Of a DNA stretch of 64,000 nucleotides, positions 59,089-64,000 are shown piece by piece (within the stretch, counting starts at the first letter, position 1; the number at the start of each line of letters is the position of its first letter). The notes below the pieces were generated by a model. It ran no database searches and had not been told where the DNA came from. It worked only from the letters and a program-made list of their open reading frames with translations. The position numbers and the translations under genes are program-made. The DNA is from Mobula hypostoma (taxonomy: Eukaryota): contig NC_086097.1 in the NCBI RefSeq assembly GCF_963921235.1, forward strand, positions 49,416,001 through 49,480,000. Reading direction: 5' to 3'.

Positions 59089-61525
59089 TTCTCAGTGGAG
59101 TAAAGGAAATTATAGTGGCATGAGAGAGGATCTGGCCAAAGTTGACTGGAAGGGGACACTGGCAGGAAGGACGGCAGAGCAGCAGTGGCTGGAGTTTATG
59201 CGAGAAGTGAGGAAGGTGTACGACAGGTATATTCGAAAAAAGAAGAAATTTTCGAATGGAAAAAGGATGCAACCGTGGTTGACAAGAGAAGTCAAAGCCA
59301 AAGTTAAAGCAAAGGAGAGGGCATACAAGGAAGCAAAAATTAGTGAGAAGACAGAGGATTGGGAAGTTTTTAAAAGCTTACTAAAGGAAACTAAGAAGGT
59401 CATTAAGAGGGAAAAGATTAACTATGAACGGAAGCTAGCAAATAATATCAAAGAGGATACTAAAAGCTTTTTCGAGTATATAAAGAGTAAAAGACACGTG
59501 AGAGTAGATATAGGACAGATAGAAAATGATGCTGGAGAAATTGTAACGGGAGATAAGGAGATGGCGGAGGAACTGAACAAGTATTTTGCATCAGTCTTCA
59601 CTGAGGAAGACATCAGCAGTATACCGGACACTCAAGGGTGGCAGGGAAGAGAAGTGTGCGCAGTCACAATTACGACAGAGAAAGTACTCAGGAAGCTGAA
59701 TAGTCTAAAGGTAGATAAATCTCCCAGACCAGATGGAATGCACCCTCATGTTCTGAAGGAAGTAGCTGTGGAGATTGCGGAGGCATTAGCGATGATCTTT
59801 CAAAAGTCGATAGATTCTGGCATGGTTCCGGAGGACTGGAAGATTGCAAATGTCACTCCGCTATTTAAGAAGGGGGCAAGGAAGCAAAAAGGAATTTATA
59901 GACCTGTTAGCTTTACATCAGTGGTTGGGACGTTGTTGCAGTCGATTGTCAAGGATGAGGTTACATAGTACCTGGAGGCATATGACAAGATAGGCAGAAC
60001 TCAGCATGGATTCCTTAAAGGAAAATCCTGCCTAACAAACCTATTACTATTTTTTGAGGAAATTACAAATAGGCTAGACAAGGGAGATGCAGTGGATGTT
60101 GTATATTTGGATTTTCAGAAGGCCTTTGACAAGGTGCCACACATGAGGCTACTTAGCAAGATAAGAGCCCATGGAATTACGGGAAAGTTACATACGTGGA
60201 TAGAGCGTTGGCTGATTGGCAGGAAACAGAGAGTGGGAATAAAGGGATCCTATTCTGGTTGGCTGCCGGTTACCAGTGATCACAACACGCTGGAGGAACT
60301 CAGCAGGTCGGGCAGCATCCGTGGAAAAGATCAGTCAACGTTTCGGGCCGGAACCCTTTGTCAGGAACCCTTGAGTCCTGACGAAGGGTTCCAGCCCAAA
60401 ACGTCGACCGATCTTTTCCACGGATGCTGCCTGACCTGCTGAGTTCCTCCAGCGTGTTGTGAGTGTTTCTTTGACCCCAGCATCTGCAGATTATTTTGTG
60501 GTTACCAGTGGTGTTCCATAGGGGTCCGTGTTGGGGCCGCTTCTTTTTACATTGTACATCAACGATTTGGATTATGGAATAGATGGCTTTGTGGCTAAGT
60601 TTGCTGATGATACGAAGATAGGTGGAGGGGCCGGTAGTGCTGAGGAAACAGAGATTCTGCAGAGAGACTTGGATAGATTGGAAGAATGGGCAAAGAAGTG
60701 GCAAATGAAATACAATGTTGGAAAGTGTATGGTTATGCACTTTGGCAGAAGAAATAAACAGGCAGACTGTTTTTTAAATGGGGAGAGAATTCAAATTCTG
60801 AGATGCAACGGGACTTGGGAGTCCTCGTACAGGATACCCTTAAAGTTAACCTCCAGGTTGAGTCGGTGGTGAAGAAGGCGAATGCAATGTTGGCATTCAT
60901 TTCTAGAGGAATAGAGTATAGGAGAGATGTGATGTTGAGGCTCTATAAGGCGCTGGTGAGACCTCACTTGGAGTACTGTTGGCAGTTTTGGTCTCCCTTA
61001 TTTAAGAAAGGATGTGCTGACGTTGGAGAGGGTACAGAGAAGATTCACTAAAATGATTCCGGGAATGAGAGGGTTAACATATGAGGAACGTTTGTCCGCT
61101 CTTGGACTGTATTCCTTGGAGTTTAAAAGAATGAGGGGAGACCTCATAGAAACATTTCGAATGTTGAAAGGCATGGACAGAGTGGATGTGGCAAAGTTGT
61201 TTCCCATGATGGGGGAGTCTAGTACGAGAAGGCATGACTTAAGAATTCAAGGGCGGCCATTCAGAACAGAGATGCGAAGAAATTTTTTTAGCCAGAGGGT
61301 GGTGAATCTATGGAATTAGTTGCCACGGGTGGCAGTGGAAGCCAAGTCATTGGGTGTATTTAAGGCAGAGATTGATGGGTATCTGAGTAGCCAGGGCATC
61401 AAAGGTTATGGTGAGAAGGCAGGGGAGTGCGACTAAATGGGAGAATGGATCAGCTCATGATAAAATGGCAGAGCAGACTCGATGGGGCAAATGGCCGACT
61501 TCTGCTCCTTTGTCTTATGGTCTTT
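59089..61525 (+). mobile_element. Relatively young 5'-truncated CR1 LINE (ORF2)
   Basis: ORF 59012..59968 (about 290 aa CR1-derived) followed by QHGFLKGKSCLTNLL, DVVYLDFQKAFDKVPH, KFADDTK, VRPHLEYC; few stops; tail tgtcttatggtctt. Confidence 0.95.
60279..60499. mobile_element. 221-bp palindromic Penelope-derived insertion inside the young CR1
   Basis: Perfect 11-bp TSD ggttaccagtg at 60268-60278 and 60500-60510 splits CR1 LPVTS|GVP; 87-bp inverted arms 60280-60366 and 60376-60462. Confidence 0.93.
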
Positions 61526-62532
61526 CCCATGTCCAAGAATATGCTGTATATGAATAAAAAATGCAAATATTTGGACGTGCTTTCAATGTTTTTCAATCAA
61601 ACTGCTTTCCACAACTTCCTATAAAACAATAATGCAGCTGAAAGTTTCACTTAAGCTTCCAGCAGCAAAATTCTCTTGCCTCTTTTTTCACTTAGAGGAT
61701 TTAAACGGATGGTATAAAATCTTTTGAGAAACATGAGCAAACAAACTATCTGTCAAGAATTTCAAACAGAAAAAGAGGAAACATATCTTTTGGTACCAGG
61801 TGGCAGCTTTACTGGCACTGGTTTCCTTTCTCTGTTTTGTTTATTCCTTCCTCTTTAATTCTCATCTCATCTCTAAATATCTTTTCCAAGAGAGGATTGC
61901 TGAGCCAATTCTGTTAAAGATCAACCATACTTACTGTAGTTTTCATGTAGGCCAGACTGGATAACATCAGCCTCATAATTTTTTTGGTCACAGTTGCTGA
62001 CAATGGACTAGATATTCATCAGCTATCTCAACATAAAATAATTAATTTGCACTTTTCCTTAAGTGGACTGTGACTATTATAATTTTCCAGTCACAGCTTA
62101 CCACTCTGGAAATTTGATCAGTTCCAGGTGTAAACCAGATTTGTTGCTCCAATGTAGTTTCTGGGCCAGGTGGGCATCAAGTGGTAGTGTTTCTGGGAAA
62201 ATTAGACTATGTTGTTGCATTAAATAATCATTGTATGAAACAGACATACAAATTCTCATTCCTCATACTCCATAAGCAGGGGCAGGCCTCTCTGTCCTTC
62301 AACTGTGCATTTCTTGTCCACCCACAGCAATCTTACACCTAACAATCTGCTGGAGGAACTCAGCAGGTCAAGCTGCATCTGTGGGGTGAAAGGAACTGTT
62401 GGCATCTTAAGTCCAAACCCTGCATTATGACTGGTGTCTCCCTCTTGCTCATCAAATCAAAGCCAACCTTTGGTATCCAGGTGATTTTCAAAAGAACACC
62501 GATACTGCTCATTGAGGCATGTTTAACCATTC

Positions 62533-62902
62533 AGAAACATAGAAACATAAAATACCTACAGCACAATATAGGCCCTTCGGCTCACAATGCTGTGCCGAAC
62601 ATGTACTTACTTTAGAAATTGCCTAGGGTCACCCATAGCCCTCTATTTTTCTAAGCTCTATGTACCTATACAGGAGTCTCTTAAAAGACCCTATCATATC
62701 TGCCTCCACCACTGTCACCAGCAGCCCATTCCACACACTCACCACTCTCTGTGTAAAAAACTTACAGCTGACATCTCCTCTGTATCTACTTACAAGCATC
62801 TTAAAACTGTGCCCTCTCGTGTTAGCCATTTCAGCCCAGGGAAAAAGCCTCTGACTATCCACATGATCAATCCCTCTTATCATCTTATACACCTCTATCA
62901 GT
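62533..62902 (-). mobile_element. CR1 LINE 3' fragment
   Basis: Minus ORF 62629..62922 LIEVYKMIRGIDHVDSQRLFP...FFTQRVVSVWNGL. Confidence 0.9.
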
Positions 62903-63029
62903 ATTTGATTTACGCCATACATACCACTTAGCTTTGAGGCTATAGAGTTCCACTTTAACCTTATCTGACTACAAGAGCTTCTTCCACATCTTAACAGTAT
63001 CTTCTAAATGATGCTTTGCAAAGGCTTTA

Positions 63030-64000
63030 CAGGCAAGGTGCGATGAGAGGTCTAGGCAAGGATGGTAAGGACCCAAGTACTGGAGTAGCCGAGACTAGAA
63101 TGAAGACACGATTTTGAGACATAGATGAGAACAGGGTACATTACTAGATGCTAAACGAGAATCCAAATGAGGCAGAAATTCTAAACATAATCGCAGACTG
63201 AAACGAAGTTGACCTGACGACTGAGCACCGAACCCGAGTTCAGGTGCTCTTTAAATATCCAAATCTTGGTGCCAAAGCATGGCCGCCAATTAGCAGAGCA
63301 GGCCTGAATCTTTAAAAGGACCATCTCAGCTATCCATACTCCAAAAAATCAGAGTGTCTAAATCCCGGAGGCTGTCATGGCCGGGTGCATTCCATAACAG
63401 GGCCCCCTCCCCTAAAGCTGACTCCTGACAGACATGGCTGCTTGGGGTGACATTGACAGTAATCACGGATCAGTGCCAGGTCCAGGATGTCCTTTACTGC
63501 AACCCAGCACTATTCCTCGGGTCCAAACCCTACTCACTCAATGAGGAAATGCTGAACACCCCAAACAGTTTGTGAATCCAGAAGTTTATTTACAGTGAAG
63601 ACCATTCCACCATCCACAAATCTGGATGGTACTGGGCTGATGTTGCTGGGGCTAACGGTCTAGTACTCACAGGTTTTAACTTTGATACATGGAAGGTGGG
63701 ATAAACCTTGAGGGCCTTGGGGAACTGCGAAGTGTAAGCTACTGGGTTCACTTCTTAAGGACCTTGAAGGGCACAATGAACTTGGGCATCAGTTTCCTTG
63801 ACTCCAGCTGGAGAGGCAAACCTTGAGCAGACAACCAACTTTTTGCCCAGGCTGCAAAACTAGTCACTGTCTTCTCATATGGTTGGCCTTCAGTTTGGCC
63901 TTAAGGCTAGAGGCCAGTAAAATCTTTCTTGTCCTATTCCGTTTCTCTTTGCAGCACCTAATGAGATCTTTGACAACAGAAACCCCTACCTCAGCCTCCT
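63030..64000 (-). mobile_element. Chromovirus-type Gypsy 3' end: integrase tail, chromodomain, PPT and 3' LTR (continues beyond the window)
   Basis: Minus strand: KLMPKFIVPFKV, PTFHVSKLKP, FTVNKLLDS...FLIE*VGFGPEE*CWVAVKDILD; PPT ggggagggggccc, then LTR start TGTTATGG at 63399. The far LTR boundary is approximate. Confidence 0.85.

Noticed and set aside
59012..59968. Longest ORF in the window (318 aa) as a host gene
   Set aside because: It is a CR1 ORF2 remnant; downstream stops, frameshifts and an insertion disrupt the RT.

Overview
Vertebrate genomic DNA, most likely a cartilaginous fish such as a ray (inferred from the repeat landscape, not proven). Positions 367 to ~49830 (+) hold an essentially complete INF2 (inverted formin 2) gene. 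I traced 21 coding exons by hand (exons 2-22 in human numbering) with consistent splice phases, giving 3696 nt = 1231 aa + stop. The protein has a DID/FH3 region, a polyproline FH1, FH2, a WH2-like DAD, a low-complexity tail and a 57-nt CAAX exon ending CSLH*. A probable terminal (non-CAAX/3'UTR) exon starts at 48550. Intron 3 is GC-AG. Introns and the 3' flank are dense in decayed mobile elements: CR1 LINEs, Rex1/Babar-type LINEs, Penelope-like elements, nested hAT MITEs, a Tc1 relic, SINEs and two Gypsy LTR relics. The most notable non-gene signal is a family of short, TSD-flanked, often palindromic Penelope-derived insertions carrying minimal hammerhead-ribozyme motifs. One copy with an intact core lies on the sense strand of the putative INF2 3'UTR. 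I see no support for a wholly new multi-gene system. Repeat boundaries without TSDs are approximate.
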